Of a stretch of 64,000 bases of DNA, positions 10,966 to 22,249 are shown in pieces (the first letter of the stretch is position 1; every line of letters starts with the position of its first letter). Under the pieces are notes generated by a model that did not search any database, was not told the DNA's origin, and saw only the letters and a list, made by a program, of their open reading frames with translations. The DNA is from Nitrosopumilus sp. GTDB taxonomy: Archaea > Thermoproteota > Nitrososphaeria > Nitrososphaerales > Nitrosopumilaceae. The DNA is taken from positions 832,001 through 896,000 of the forward strand of contig OY763927.2 of the NCBI GenBank assembly GCA_963667665.2, in the 5' to 3' direction. A program made the translations under genes and the position numbers.

Positions 10966-11316
10966 TTGGCAGAATTCAAAGTTGAGGGCTCTGGCGGATA
11001 TATCATAGCAGAACTAACTGATGAGCAGGCAAAAAAGGCAGATTTAGGAGTAGGAAAATTATTTTTGGCCCCAATTGGAAAACTTGAAACTGAAAAAATG
11101 TTCAAACATTATTGTAAAAATTGTGAAACAGAATTTGATAATCCACCAAAGGTAAAATTAGAAGAAAGTACCAATGAGGAAGTAGCAGACAATTTGATAC
11201 TAGTAGAAAGAGGACAATACACTTGTGAAAAATGTAGTTCAATTATTGGAGAATACAGAGTATTCAAAAAGAATGATGAATCAAGTGAAGTTGGAAATGC
11301 AAACCCATCTGGATAA
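10966..11316 (+). CDS. Hypothetical zinc-binding protein
   Basis: CKNC and CEKC pairs; TTG start. Confidence 0.75.
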   Translation: MAEFKVEGSGGYIIAELTDEQAKKADLGVGKLFLAPIGKLETEKMFKHYCKNCETEFDNPPKVKLEESTNEEVADNLILVERGQYTCEKCSSIIGEYRVFKKNDESSEVGNANPSG

Positions 11317-11812
11317 AATAACAGATGAATTATCGGATGATTTCCTAAAAGAGATTAAAGAAAATTCATCTAAAATTGATTTTGGAATTATAGAAGAAAG
11401 ACTGAAAGCAAAATACATGCAAGATAGTCATTCAGTAATGATTCTAGATGGAAGAAAAGGAATTCGCATAATTGTAGATCATGATGAAAATGAAGAGCAG
11501 TCAGAGATTAACTGTAAAACTGAAATCAAAATATTTGAAAAATGTGGTATGAAAGTTACAGAACACATTATTGGAAAAAAAGTGTATAGTTATGTTATAC
11601 AACCAGAAAAAGAATTCTATGAAGAGTTGGAAAAAATACCTGACAGTAAATGGGCAGAAATGAATGTTACTAGGACGATTTCACAAGACATACTTGGAGA
11701 AATTGAAAAAACTGCTACAAACATTGGATTTACACTTGATGAGATATTACAATTGATGGCTGAAAATACATACATTACAGATCTAAGGTCTAAAATGAAC
11801 CAAGGATCATAG
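11297..11812 (+). CDS. Hypothetical protein
   Basis: Long open frame; ATG at 11297 minimises overlap with the upstream gene. Confidence 0.65.
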   Translation: MQTHLDKITDELSDDFLKEIKENSSKIDFGIIEERLKAKYMQDSHSVMILDGRKGIRIIVDHDENEEQSEINCKTEIKIFEKCGMKVTEHIIGKKVYSYVIQPEKEFYEELEKIPDSKWAEMNVTRTISQDILGEIEKTATNIGFTLDEILQLMAENTYITDLRSKMNQGS

Positions 11813-11850
11813 GAAAAAGAATCAAATACTGCTAAAAACTGATTTCATTT

Positions 11851-11988
11851 ATGGCAAATCAAAAATGTATCTCTTGCGGTATAGGATTTTTCTCACCAAC
11901 AGGTGCAGAGAAATGTTCTAAATGTGCAGGACAAGAATCTCAAGGACATGAAGATCATGATTCCTGTGGTTGTGGACACAGCCACTAG
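11851..11988 (+). CDS. Small Cys/His-rich metal-binding protein (45 aa)
   Basis: MANQKCISCGIGFFSPTGAEKCSKCAGQESQGHEDHDSCGCGHSH followed by a T-tract; below the ORF-track cutoff. Confidence 0.7.
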   Translation: MANQKCISCGIGFFSPTGAEKCSKCAGQESQGHEDHDSCGCGHSH

Positions 11989-12179
11989 TCTTTTTTTCTA
12001 ATTTAGTAGATATTTTTTCAACCTAGATTACGAGGATTGTTTGTTCAAATGAACAAACTTTATTGTTTTACAGGAACAAAATCCCAACATTTATGACCCA
12101 TTCACTTTCAAATAATTATAATTGGTTTGCACGCCAACAAACCAGAGAGTATTAGCATTCGTGTTGTGCTCTCTGGGAT

Positions 12180-14063
12180 TTACATTCTATTAGGTGCAAC
12201 TATTCCAAGAAGATCTAGTGCTTTTACAAGTGTGATTTTAAATGAATCCACAATACAAAGACGAGAATTCTCCAATGATTCATCACCTAATTCTAAAACC
12301 TTGACATGTTCATAAAATGAATTAAACGCAACTGCTAAATCATGACAGTATCTTGCAATAACTTTTGGAGATAGATTGTTTACGGCATCACGAACTTGTA
12401 TATCAAACAAGCCAATTGTTTTAATCAAATTAATCTCAGATGGTTCTTTTAGCAGAGAAAAATCAACATCAATTGATGGTGCACGTTTAGATTTTTCTAA
12501 TATTCTTGCAGATCTTGCATGAGTATATTGAATGTAAGGAGCTGTATCTCCATCCAAACTCAGAGATTTTGTTAAATCAAAAGCAATTATTTTATCTAGA
12601 TCTTGTTTTATCATCTCATAACGTAGAGTTCCAACTGCAACATTATGGGCAATTTCCTCAACATCAGATGAGTCCATTTCAGGATGTCTCCTCTTTGTTT
12701 CATCTTTTGTTTTTTCTTTTAGCATATCATATACAGAATCAGCACTTACGTACAATCCCTTTCTTCCAGACATCTGAGCTTGTTTTCCATCAGTATCCAA
12801 ACCAAGAATTTTTGCAGTCTCAGAACTTAGAGTAACTGATTCATAGCCAAGATGAACATACGCATCTGGAACTGACTTGAATTTAGCCATCAAGGATGTG
12901 ATAATTTTTTGTAATCTTGCTTGTCTTGAATCAATTACAGTGATTACTTTTTGGCCAGTAAAGTTTTGAGATGAGTCATTAGAGTCCAAAGTGGTTTGCC
13001 ACAAAACTCGTGAATTTGGTTGCTCTTTTTCGTATTTCTGATAATGGAAAGGATCATCAATTAATCCTAATTTCCAGGCAGCGTATGGAATATCTTTTGC
13101 AATATACGTTGCAGTTCCATTACTTCGAACTATTACCTTGTCTTCTTCTTTATTCTCACCACGAATTACCCAGCACCCCTTATTCTTACCATCATCCTCA
13201 AATTCTATTAGATTCATTTCTTTGATTTTATCAAAGATTGTACTCCATAATCCTGAACGAATTATCTGAGATTCAAAATTTAGACAATCATAAGAAACTG
13301 ATAGATTCCAACATGTTTCGAGTTGATTTGCCAAAACTCTTCGCGTAATTTTATCGGCAAATTTAGCAGTTTCAGAATTTCCATCCTCAAGTTCTTGGAG
13401 AATGTTTTTTCTAATTTCTTCAAGACTAGAATCAGATTCATATTTTTCTGTAGTTTTGACATATACATCATCTCCACAATAATGATCAAATTTCTTTCCA
13501 TCAGGTGGTTCTTCATCAAAGCCAAGATGTTTGAATCCAAGTATTATATCAGCAACTTGAAGGCCAGAATCATCAATATAGTTTAGAACATTAACTTTAT
13601 AATTTGCTTTTTTTAAAATCCTAGAAATAGAATCACCAATTATGATATTTCTAATGTGTCCAATGTGAAGAGATTTGTTAGGATTTACACTTGTATGCTC
13701 TACTACAATTGTAGAATTCTTTCCAATATCAACATCACCAAATTCATGAAGATGAGATTCAGATAGAATCAATTGAGATAATTTTTCCCAATTAGCAAAG
13801 AAATTCAAATATCCTGATGGATGTGCTTCAGTTTTCAAAACAAGTGTGCTAGAACAATATTGATATTTTTCAGATAACATCTCTGCAATTTCTTTAGGAC
13901 TTTTTTTGAGTTGTTTTGCAAGCAAGAATGAAACATTAGAGGATACATCACCAAAACCAGGTTTTGCAGGCTCTACAGTATAGTTTACAGCAGATATTGA
14001 GAGTTCATCGAGTATTTTGTTTAGATTATTTTCAATTTCATCAATAATTGATTTGAATGTCAT
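12180..14063 (-). CDS. argS: Arginine--tRNA ligase
   Basis: EHTSVNPNKSLHIGH (HIGH), MSGRKG (KMSKS-equivalent), YIQYTHAR and C-terminal RM. Confidence 0.97.
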   Translation of the reverse strand: MTFKSIIDEIENNLNKILDELSISAVNYTVEPAKPGFGDVSSNVSFLLAKQLKKSPKEIAEMLSEKYQYCSSTLVLKTEAHPSGYLNFFANWEKLSQLILSESHLHEFGDVDIGKNSTIVVEHTSVNPNKSLHIGHIRNIIIGDSISRILKKANYKVNVLNYIDDSGLQVADIILGFKHLGFDEEPPDGKKFDHYCGDDVYVKTTEKYESDSSLEEIRKNILQELEDGNSETAKFADKITRRVLANQLETCWNLSVSYDCLNFESQIIRSGLWSTIFDKIKEMNLIEFEDDGKNKGCWVIRGENKEEDKVIVRSNGTATYIAKDIPYAAWKLGLIDDPFHYQKYEKEQPNSRVLWQTTLDSNDSSQNFTGQKVITVIDSRQARLQKIITSLMAKFKSVPDAYVHLGYESVTLSSETAKILGLDTDGKQAQMSGRKGLYVSADSVYDMLKEKTKDETKRRHPEMDSSDVEEIAHNVAVGTLRYEMIKQDLDKIIAFDLTKSLSLDGDTAPYIQYTHARSARILEKSKRAPSIDVDFSLLKEPSEINLIKTIGLFDIQVRDAVNNLSPKVIARYCHDLAVAFNSFYEHVKVLELGDESLENSRLCIVDSFKITLVKALDLLGIVAPNRM

Positions 14064-14064
14064 C

Positions 14065-14760
14065 TTACATCTCAGATAATTTAGGTGCTAATTTATCTAG
14101 TGCCTCAAGAACACCATCACCGGCCTTTGCTGAAACTACCATTGAAGCCTCAGATTTTACTTGATCAGATGCATTTCCCAAGGCAATACTTGTTTTTGCA
14201 ACCTTAAACAATGGAATATCTGTCGCACTATCACCAATAGCTATTACATCATCACGTAAAATAGATAATTTCTTCATAATTTCACTGAATCCTGTACCCT
14301 TGTTAATTCCAGAAGAATTGATATGATAAGCATATTGACTATCAGATAGTTCGACATTAAGATTATTTTCAGATACTACAGTTCTTGCAAGATCCAGATC
14401 AAATGTTCTCTCTAAAACAACTTCAGTCATTCTAGGAAAAACAGGCTTTTCTTTAACATTATCAATATTACTTTTGATTATTTGAAATGCATTTTTGCAT
14501 TCTTCAATATTTCCTAATAAAATATGCTCATTAGAATCTAGGGTGATACATCCACCATTTTCACCAACAGCGATTTTTGTAGTTCCACCAAAAACAGATA
14601 GTAAGAATCCTTCAACAGATGATCGACCAGTTACAAAAATCACGTTATGCCCCATTTTAGTTAGATGTCTTAATGCTTCAAGCGCATCCAAATGTATTCG
14701 ACCCCTACCATTTTCAGTAATAGTGCCATCAATATCCACTGCAAACGTTCTCTTTTTCAT
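14065..14760 (-). CDS. HAD-superfamily phosphoglycolate phosphatase (Cof/SPP-like)
   Basis: DIDGT, TGR, ENGG, KG and GDS.TD motifs; real start MKKRTF at 14760. Confidence 0.88.
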   Translation of the reverse strand: MKKRTFAVDIDGTITENGRGRIHLDALEALRHLTKMGHNVIFVTGRSSVEGFLLSVFGGTTKIAVGENGGCITLDSNEHILLGNIEECKNAFQIIKSNIDNVKEKPVFPRMTEVVLERTFDLDLARTVVSENNLNVELSDSQYAYHINSSGINKGTGFSEIMKKLSILRDDVIAIGDSATDIPLFKVAKTSIALGNASDQVKSEASMVVSAKAGDGVLEALDKLAPKLSEM

Positions 14761-14850
14761 ACAAATTGTTTTACAAACCGAATAATATTTGCTGCGTAAG
14801 TAAAGTAGTACGGTTTTATTTGAAAAGAATGTTGCAGGAGATGAACAGTA

Positions 14851-15960
14851 TTGGGAATTCCTGAAAAGATCAAATCCATTCAAGACGAAATGGCAAAAAC
14901 TCAGATTAACAAAGCAACAGAGCACCACATTGGTTTACTCAAAGCAAAGATTGCGAAATTAAAGAGAGAGCAAGAAGAGAACGTCATTAAAAAATCAGGC
15001 ATGAAACAAGATGGGTTTGATGTCAGAAGGACAGGGGATGCAACAATTGTATTTATTGGATTACCAAGTGTTGGAAAATCCACATTACTAAATAAAATGA
15101 CTGGGGCAAAATCCACTGTTGGTGCTTTTACATTTACTACACTTACCGTAGTTCCAGGAATGATGACATACAGAGGAGCAAAAATCCAAGTCTTAGACCT
15201 TCCAGGAATTATCAAAGGGGCATCCACAGGTAAAGGACTAGGAAGGAGAATTTTATCTGTTGCAAGAACAGCAGATTTGGTAGTGCTTCTATTAGATGTG
15301 TTTCAACCATATCATGAAGATGTGTTAGCAAATGAATTAGGAAATATTGGGATAAGACTTAATCAATTACCGCCAAACATTACAATTGAAAAAGCACCAA
15401 TGGGAGGAATTGCAGTTGCACAACAAGTGAGACTAACAAAGATTACAGAAAAACATCTCAAAGATATTTTACATCTTTATGGTATAGTTAGTGCACGTGT
15501 TGTAATTAGAGAAAACATTACATCAGAGCAATTAGCAGATCATGTTGCTGGAAATATTAGTTATTCAAAAGCAATAACTGTTTTAAACAAAATTGACTTA
15601 GTGGATAAAGCATTTCTAAAAGAGTTAAAGACTAAAATAAAATCAGATGTGATTGAGGTATCTGCAAATTCAAATATCAATATTGAATTACTCAAAGAAA
15701 AGATCTATGAGAAATTAAAATTCATTAGAATTTACATGAGACCCAAAGGTGGAGAAACTGATTTCATAGAACCATTAATTGCAAGAGAAGGAGATACGGT
15801 TGAAGATATTTGTAATAAACTACATCGAAGATTAAGAAGAGAATTCAGATATAGTTTGGTTTGGGGTAAAAGTGTAAAGTTTGGGGGACAAAGAGTTGGT
15901 TTGAGTCACATTTTACTAGATGAGGATGTATTAACAATTATCAAGAAACGTGGAACATGA
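14851..15960 (+). CDS. DRG/OBG-family GTP-binding protein with TGS domain
   Basis: GLPSVGKST, FTTL, DLPGII, NKID and VWGKSVKF motifs. Confidence 0.93.
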   Translation: MGIPEKIKSIQDEMAKTQINKATEHHIGLLKAKIAKLKREQEENVIKKSGMKQDGFDVRRTGDATIVFIGLPSVGKSTLLNKMTGAKSTVGAFTFTTLTVVPGMMTYRGAKIQVLDLPGIIKGASTGKGLGRRILSVARTADLVVLLLDVFQPYHEDVLANELGNIGIRLNQLPPNITIEKAPMGGIAVAQQVRLTKITEKHLKDILHLYGIVSARVVIRENITSEQLADHVAGNISYSKAITVLNKIDLVDKAFLKELKTKIKSDVIEVSANSNINIELLKEKIYEKLKFIRIYMRPKGGETDFIEPLIAREGDTVEDICNKLHRRLRREFRYSLVWGKSVKFGGQRVGLSHILLDEDVLTIIKKRGT

Positions 15961-15969
15961 TACAAAAAC

Positions 15970-16146
15970 ATGAATCAAGAAACTGAGAACAGATGGTGTA
16001 CATTTTGTATGACAAAAACAAAACAAGAATTAATTTTTCTTCCCAAAATGGCCACATACAAACGTAGAAGAAAATACAAATGTACAATTTGTGGCAAAAT
16101 TAGTTGGTTGCAAGGAAGAAGACCATCTGCAGAAAGTGTTTATTAA
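15970..16146 (+). CDS. Small zinc-ribbon protein (58 aa)
   Basis: MNQETENRWCTFC...KYKCTICG...AESVY; two CxxC pairs, immediately after the GTPase. Confidence 0.65.
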   Translation: MNQETENRWCTFCMTKTKQELIFLPKMATYKRRRKYKCTICGKISWLQGRRPSAESVY

Positions 16147-16253
16147 AAAATTACGATCAATAAATCCAAAAAAATCACTTGATTATATGTTATCAATTTG
16201 TGTAATTTTTTTTAGTTTAACCACTGAAAAACAATGAAAATGTCGACTCAGCA

Positions 16254-16514
16254 ATGGCAGTAAAAAGAAAAGCAGCTAAACGTAAAGCAGCTCCAAAAAG
16301 AAAAGCAGCTAAACGTAAAGCAGCTCCAAAAAGAAAAGCAGCTAAACGTAAAGCAGCTCCAAAAAGAAAAGCAGCTCCAAAAAGAAAAGCAGCTCCAAAA
16401 AGAAAAGCAGCTCCAAAAAGAACAGCTCCAAAAAGAAAAGCAGCTCCAAAAAGAAAAGCAGCTCCAAAAAGAAAAGCAGCTCCAAAAAGAAAAGCAGCTA
16501 AACGTAAACGATAA
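16254..16514 (+). CDS. Histone H1-like Lys/Arg/Ala/Pro-rich basic protein
   Basis: Almost entirely KRKAA(P) repeats encoded by 15/18-bp tandem units. Confidence 0.8.
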   Translation: MAVKRKAAKRKAAPKRKAAKRKAAPKRKAAKRKAAPKRKAAPKRKAAPKRKAAPKRTAPKRKAAPKRKAAPKRKAAPKRKAAKRKR

Positions 16515-16587
16515 TCTCGTTAAAAAAACTAACAATCGTCATTTAGACGACGAATTGTTTTTCCTTTTTCTAAATTCTTAACTAGTG

Positions 16588-16872
16588 TTAACTAAACATT
16601 TGTCCTGGAGGATGTGTGTTTGTTCCTTTAACAGATTTTTTTTCTACTGAGAATTTTTTGTCGGGAGGTACAATTGATAATTTGATAGCAGTACTAATTG
16701 CATAATGAGGAGTGTCATCGGGATTTTTGTAGTTTACAGCTTTTCCTACTCGATCCAAATCAACTTTAACTTTAACTACAGTACCATCTTCTAACGTGAA
16801 AGATACAAAATCATTTTCTAATCGTTTGTAATCTAATATCTCAAATTCAATTTTATTTGGTTTTTCACTCAT
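16588..16872 (-). CDS. Hypothetical protein
   Basis: 94-aa ORF with LEDGTVVKVK motif, co-oriented with the collagen gene. Confidence 0.7.
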   Translation of the reverse strand: MSEKPNKIEFEILDYKRLENDFVSFTLEDGTVVKVKVDLDRVGKAVNYKNPDDTPHYAISTAIKLSIVPPDKKFSVEKKSVKGTNTHPPGQMFS

Positions 16873-16894
16873 TATAATTACCTGTTTAATCCGA

Positions 16895-18406
16895 TTAGTA
16901 AAGATAACTCATTAGTTTAATTTGTTCTTCAGTTGTGATGATGTTTTTGGTAGTTAAAATTTCTAATAGTTCTTTGAAAATTGTTTTTTGTTCAGATGAT
17001 ATTCCTCCTGAAGGACCTTTTTCTCCGGGTGGACCTGGTGGACCTCGTGGACCTGGTTGACCGATTGGACCTTGTTCACCTATAGTACCTTGTTCACCTG
17101 CAGGACCGATTGGGCCATTTGGACCTCGTTCACCCTGAGGACCTTGAATTCCTTGAGGGCCTTGTGGGCCTTTTTCTCCGGGTGGACCTGTTACACCTCG
17201 TTCACCCTGAGAGCCTTGTGGGCCTTGTGGGCCTTTTTCTCCGGGTGTACCAAGGAGACCAGTAGAACCTTTTTCTCCATGTGGACCAAGTGGACCTTTA
17301 TCACCTTTTTCTCCTTGTGGACCTGAAACTCCCGTAAGACCTTTAGATCCTCCAGGACCTTGTGGACCTTGTGGACCTTTATCACCTGTAGAACCTTCAG
17401 GACCTTTGTTACCTTTTTCTCCGGTTGGACCTGTAAGACCAGAAGAACCTTTTTCTCCAATAGGACCAGTTAAACCAGTTGAGCCTTTTTCCCCAATAGA
17501 ACCAAGAAGTCCTTGAACTCCTTTTTCACCTTGAACACCAGTTATTCCAGTTGAGCCTTTTCCTCCAGGTATACCAGTTGGACCTGTTAATCCTTTGTCG
17601 CCAGTAGAACCTTGTGAACCTTTGTCACCAGTTTCTCCTGGAGAACCTCTTAATCCAAATGCTCCTTTGTCACCGGGTTGGCCGGTTGGTCCTTTTTCTC
17701 CTGATGGGCCAAGTGGACCTTTAATTCCAGTTGGACCTTTTTCTCCAATAGAACCAGTTGGACCTTTGCCTCCTTTGTCACCGAGTGGACCTGCAATTCC
17801 TTTGTCACCTTTATCTCCTTTATCGCCAGTAACTCCTTTGTCTCCAGTAATTCCTTTATCACCTGGCTGACCTTTGTCACCAAGTGTACCTTTGTCACCT
17901 GGCTGACCGAAGATTCCGTCAGGACCTTTGTCTCCTGCAGTACCTTGTGAACCTGGTGAACCTTTGTCACCAGGAGAACCTTGTGGACCAGTAGCACCAA
18001 CAAAAGCATTTGATTTTGTATAGCGTTTTGTTTTTGGACTTTCAGGAATTGTTCTAGTTTCAGTTTTTGATTGTCTAGTTGGTTTTCCCAAAGGAACATC
18101 AAATACAGTGTATAATGAAGAAAATAGATCAGTTACAACAATCCAAATTTTATCAAGATTGTTTATTGATGATGGAAGTGGATTTTCAGCAGACCCTATT
18201 GTTTGAGAAAACACACCATCTTTTACTCTAAGGTGAAAATTACCTCGCCACAAAGATGAAAATTGCTTATTTTTGATTGAATCTTCGGATGGTTTACTAT
18301 CAGTTATCGCAATTTGTGTTTCGTACACACCTGATTGTTTAAAGGGTGCCTGTCCTTGAATTTCGATTCTGGACTGAGATGACACATTCGTTTGTGCATA
18401 TTTCAA
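16895..18406 (-). CDS. Collagen-like triple-helix protein
   Basis: Uninterrupted run of roughly 110 Gly-X-Y triplets between globular N- and C-terminal parts. Confidence 0.92.
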   Translation of the reverse strand: MKYAQTNVSSQSRIEIQGQAPFKQSGVYETQIAITDSKPSEDSIKNKQFSSLWRGNFHLRVKDGVFSQTIGSAENPLPSSINNLDKIWIVVTDLFSSLYTVFDVPLGKPTRQSKTETRTIPESPKTKRYTKSNAFVGATGPQGSPGDKGSPGSQGTAGDKGPDGIFGQPGDKGTLGDKGQPGDKGITGDKGVTGDKGDKGDKGIAGPLGDKGGKGPTGSIGEKGPTGIKGPLGPSGEKGPTGQPGDKGAFGLRGSPGETGDKGSQGSTGDKGLTGPTGIPGGKGSTGITGVQGEKGVQGLLGSIGEKGSTGLTGPIGEKGSSGLTGPTGEKGNKGPEGSTGDKGPQGPQGPGGSKGLTGVSGPQGEKGDKGPLGPHGEKGSTGLLGTPGEKGPQGPQGSQGERGVTGPPGEKGPQGPQGIQGPQGERGPNGPIGPAGEQGTIGEQGPIGQPGPRGPPGPPGEKGPSGGISSEQKTIFKELLEILTTKNIITTEEQIKLMSYLY

Positions 18407-18494
18407 GTATTTCTGTATTTAGATCGCATAGTCTTTTTGAAAATCCAGCACAAACAATCTCAAGCCCATAAGGATGGTATTTATCTAGACAAAA

Positions 18495-19646
18495 TTGCAC
18501 TTTGAGCTAGTGAAGAAATTATTCGGAAAGAAATCAACTGAAAAAAATGAACCAAAAGTAGATGAATCAAAAGTGAAAAAAGTCAAGGTAAAAGAGACCA
18601 GTCTAGTTGATGCAGACTATAATCGCAAAAGGTTGTTCAAAAAAGGAATTAACCGTATGGCAGATGAAAAACTTGAAGATGCTTGTGAGTTATTTCAACA
18701 AGCATTAAGAATTGATCCTAACAGTGTAGAGACTTTGATGAAATTAGGTTATGCAAGATTTCATTTAGGTGATCACAATGAAGCAATTAGAATATATGAT
18801 AAAATTTTAGATATTGATGTTACAAATCCAGAAGTTTGGAATCTTAAAGGACTTGTACATTATGAACAAAAAAAATATGCCAAAGCATTAGATGAAGTTG
18901 AAAAAGCAATAGAATCTGAGCCAACATATGGAATGGCTTGGTACAACAAAGCTTGTTTCTTATCATTACTAAATCAAGTACCAGATTCTTTAGAAGCATT
19001 GAAGCGTTCAATTGAGATTGATGTTAAAAATGCAAGAAGATCAATTAGAGACTTTGACTTTAAAAATGTAAGAATTGAAGAAGGATTCAAAAGAATTCAA
19101 GAAGTAGTAGTGTTAGAATCAGTTAGACAAGGATATCATACACTTGGTGCAATTGTCTGGACAACATATCTTGATAGAGTAGACGCAGAAACAGGATTAA
19201 AAAAATTATTAGAAAAAGGACTTTTAGTACAAAATGAAAAGCGTGATGGTCTAAGTAAAATTCCAATCTATGATCTTGCACCTAACGTTGCAGAAAGAAT
19301 GGGAAACGAAAGAAAGGGATTATTTGGGATTACAAGAAAAACATTACCAAGACCAATTAAGAATTTAAAAGAACTTAGTAGTGCAATTCAATCGGCAAAA
19401 GAGGCAATAGAAGAAAAAGACATACAGAAAACTATGGACGCTTTTGATGAATTCACAGATATTGAAAAATCAGGTGAGCAGATGATTGAAATGTTCTTAG
19501 ATGAACACAGAGAGATAAGATTATGGAAGATTAGATTAAAAGATAGAGGAGAAGATTATCTAGTGGATAACAAAGATAAAATGTTAACATTGTTTGATAA
19601 CATAGAAGTAACAATTACTAAAAAACTCAGAAATGAGATTGCATAA
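18495..19646 (+). CDS. Tetratricopeptide repeat protein
   Basis: TPR-like helices (ALRIDPN...LGYA, VWNLKG, AWYNKAC). Confidence 0.85.
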   Translation: MHFELVKKLFGKKSTEKNEPKVDESKVKKVKVKETSLVDADYNRKRLFKKGINRMADEKLEDACELFQQALRIDPNSVETLMKLGYARFHLGDHNEAIRIYDKILDIDVTNPEVWNLKGLVHYEQKKYAKALDEVEKAIESEPTYGMAWYNKACFLSLLNQVPDSLEALKRSIEIDVKNARRSIRDFDFKNVRIEEGFKRIQEVVVLESVRQGYHTLGAIVWTTYLDRVDAETGLKKLLEKGLLVQNEKRDGLSKIPIYDLAPNVAERMGNERKGLFGITRKTLPRPIKNLKELSSAIQSAKEAIEEKDIQKTMDAFDEFTDIEKSGEQMIEMFLDEHREIRLWKIRLKDRGEDYLVDNKDKMLTLFDNIEVTITKKLRNEIA

Positions 19647-20453
19647 TTATTCTGCAGACAAATCCCAATAAGTAGCATCTTCTTGTTTTGCAGTAGGTTT
19701 TTGAAGATTTTTCCATTCCTTAAAAGAGCGAACATATAATTTTGCATTAGGTAGTCCTACAGATTTTAATGCATAATATGCTAATCCAGAAAGAGTACCC
19801 ACACTACCACAATAAGTAATAATTTCGGAATTTCCAGTTATGCCTCGATTTTCAAGTAAACGCTTCATGTCTTCTTTTGGGCGTAAAATTTTGTCGTTAC
19901 TGGCAAGCGTTCGATAAGGTATACTAATTGCTCCCGGAATGTGTTGTTCAAGAAAATTCAAACGCTCCCTATTATCAATCAAGATTACATCATCTCGCTC
20001 TTTTGCACTTTCCAGGTAATCAGCAGTTGCCAAAATATTTGGTTGTAGATTCATAGAGTGCTCTTTGCTTTGTATTTCAGGAACATCAGAATCATTTTCC
20101 AATCCTAGTGATTTCCAATTACTGTAAGTAGTTTCAAGTAAAGTTACATCAGAATGTCCAATGTATTCCAAAGTCCAAGCTACTCTTGATGCCAAAGCAC
20201 CAAAAGTGTCATCATAAACTACAACAGGTGTTTCATTATCAATCCCAATATTGTTTATGAGTTTCAAAATACTTTCTGGACTATCGTCAGACAATAGATT
20301 TGCTAGGGGTAAATTTACAGCAGTTGGAATATGATCTTGTTTGTAATCATCTTCTCGTCTAACATCAATTACTCGAACACTTTTGTCTCTTATTTCTGAT
20401 CGTAAAGAGTCAACATCCGTTGTTATTTTACCAGATTCTGTCAAGCAGCACAT
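19647..20453 (-). CDS. Two-domain rhodanese / thiosulfate sulfurtransferase
   Basis: IDVR..DY...HIPTA, HIPGA and active-site YCGSVG. Confidence 0.9.
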   Translation of the reverse strand: MCCLTESGKITTDVDSLRSEIRDKSVRVIDVRREDDYKQDHIPTAVNLPLANLLSDDSPESILKLINNIGIDNETPVVVYDDTFGALASRVAWTLEYIGHSDVTLLETTYSNWKSLGLENDSDVPEIQSKEHSMNLQPNILATADYLESAKERDDVILIDNRERLNFLEQHIPGAISIPYRTLASNDKILRPKEDMKRLLENRGITGNSEIITYCGSVGTLSGLAYYALKSVGLPNAKLYVRSFKEWKNLQKPTAKQEDATYWDLSAE

Positions 20454-22249
20454 TCACCCTTTCCAGTTTTTGTATGGTAACTAGTATCATCACCATAATC
20501 AAGGTAAAAGTCTGGATCTTCTTCTTTTGTTGGAGGAATTACCAGGGGTTCTAAAACTTTTTTGATATCATTAATTGATTTTATCTCAGAGTCTTCATTA
20601 TTATTTACAACTCTGTGAATCCAAGATTGAAGAGTGTCATCAGATTTCTTATTTTGTTTGAATAGTTCAATAATTTTTAGAATTACAGAGATTACTCTTT
20701 TTGCAGGAACTCTAAGACATGTTTGACCTAACATTGTGTCACCATCAGAGCGTCCACCTAAAGACATCTGATAATTAGCATACATGTCTTTTCCAACACG
20801 TCCTCCGCCTCCAAAGAAGCCAATAGTTGCAATTCCATGTTGGCCACAAGAGTTTGGACATCCACTTATCTTAATTGAAGAATTAGTCAAATCATCATCT
20901 TCGTCAAATTTTAACTCTAGGAGCTTTCTTTGAATTTCTTTTGATAATCTATGTGAATTTGTTAATGCAAGATTACAAGAAGTTGTTCCTGAACAGCCAA
21001 TCGGAGCAGTCATTGTTAACGCTCCAGTTTTTGCCAGTCCTACATCTAGAAGATGAGTGTACAAACGAGTCAGATCATCTTCATGAACATAACGTAATGC
21101 CACATTTTGTACAAAGCCGAATCGACCTTTACCCTCAGCAGAAAAGTCACGAATGATATCTGCTAATGCATCAAGTTGACTCGCAGTGATATCTCCTGCC
21201 TCAAGTGCGATAAAGACAGAATGATAACCAGATTGTTTTTGTTTAACGGTACTTGTTTTGAGCCATCTTGCATAACCTTCAGGTGCGGCTTGACCACTTT
21301 CATCAGAAATTCTAATTGGTCGTTTGATTTCATTTGTGGTATGATCAACTTCTAATTGAGTAATTACAGACTGAGTAGCTCTTACAATTGCTCTTTCTTT
21401 TAGAACTAGATTTTGGAATTTTTCCCATCCCATATCATTTACAAGATAACGCATTCTATTTCTTGCCATATTTTTTCTATCACCAAGTCTATCAAAAATT
21501 CTCACTACAGCCATTGAAGTGTAAACCAAATCTTCTTCAGGAGTAAACTCTTCTAATTGATGTCCAACAAATGATTTATTTCCCAATCCCCCTCCAAGAA
21601 AGATTTTAAAACCTCTTTGAGTTATTCCGTCAACTTCTCGAATCTGAGGGATTAATCCAACGTCAACCATTCTTACCATTCCATGTTTTTCACAACAAGT
21701 AAAATTGAATTTGAATTTACGTGGAAGATTTTGAGCCATTGGGTTTCTCAAAAAGAATCTCGCTGTTGCAAGCGCATATGGAGTTGAATCAAATTCTTCA
21801 GCTGGACAAACACCAGACAAAGGACTACACATAACATTTCTTACTGTATTTCCACATGCTTCTCTTGATGTAAGACCAACTTCAGTTAGTCCTCTAAAAA
21901 TCTCTGAAACATCTTCAAGAACCACCCAGTGAAGTTGAATGTTCTCTCTTGTTGAAAAGTGTGCACTACCTATTGAAAACTGCTCACTTAGTTGAGATAT
22001 TTTTTCAAGTTGATGTGGATAAATTTCACCTGCAGGAATTTTGATTCTAACCATGGCATAATCTCCAGTCATTCTAGTACCATATGCCCCATGTTGAAGT
22101 CTAAATCTTCTAAAACTATCCTTATCATATTTTCCTTGACGGAATAATTTTACGGTCTTTGCAAAATTGTCTGCCTCTTCCATTCTAGCCCAATTGATGT
22201 TAGGTCTTACAGAGTCAGGTCTAGATTGTTTCAGATCAGATGTAGTCAT
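20441..22249 (-). CDS. Ferredoxin-dependent nitrite/sulfite reductase (siroheme), probably assimilatory sulfite reductase
   Basis: STRENIQLH, RNV, LPRKFK, CSGTTSCNLA and ISGCPNSCG motifs; sulfur-gene neighbourhood. Confidence 0.92.
   Translation of the reverse strand: MTTSDLKQSRPDSVRPNINWARMEEADNFAKTVKLFRQGKYDKDSFRRFRLQHGAYGTRMTGDYAMVRIKIPAGEIYPHQLEKISQLSEQFSIGSAHFSTRENIQLHWVVLEDVSEIFRGLTEVGLTSREACGNTVRNVMCSPLSGVCPAEEFDSTPYALATARFFLRNPMAQNLPRKFKFNFTCCEKHGMVRMVDVGLIPQIREVDGITQRGFKIFLGGGLGNKSFVGHQLEEFTPEEDLVYTSMAVVRIFDRLGDRKNMARNRMRYLVNDMGWEKFQNLVLKERAIVRATQSVITQLEVDHTTNEIKRPIRISDESGQAAPEGYARWLKTSTVKQKQSGYHSVFIALEAGDITASQLDALADIIRDFSAEGKGRFGFVQNVALRYVHEDDLTRLYTHLLDVGLAKTGALTMTAPIGCSGTTSCNLALTNSHRLSKEIQRKLLELKFDEDDDLTNSSIKISGCPNSCGQHGIATIGFFGGGGRVGKDMYANYQMSLGGRSDGDTMLGQTCLRVPAKRVISVILKIIELFKQNKKSDDTLQSWIHRVVNNNEDSEIKSINDIKKVLEPLVIPPTKEEDPDFYLDYGDDTSYHTKTGKGECAA

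Noticed and set aside
16248-18102. Alternative-frame ORFs over the H1-like and collagen genes
   Set aside because: Artefacts of repetitive coding sequence.
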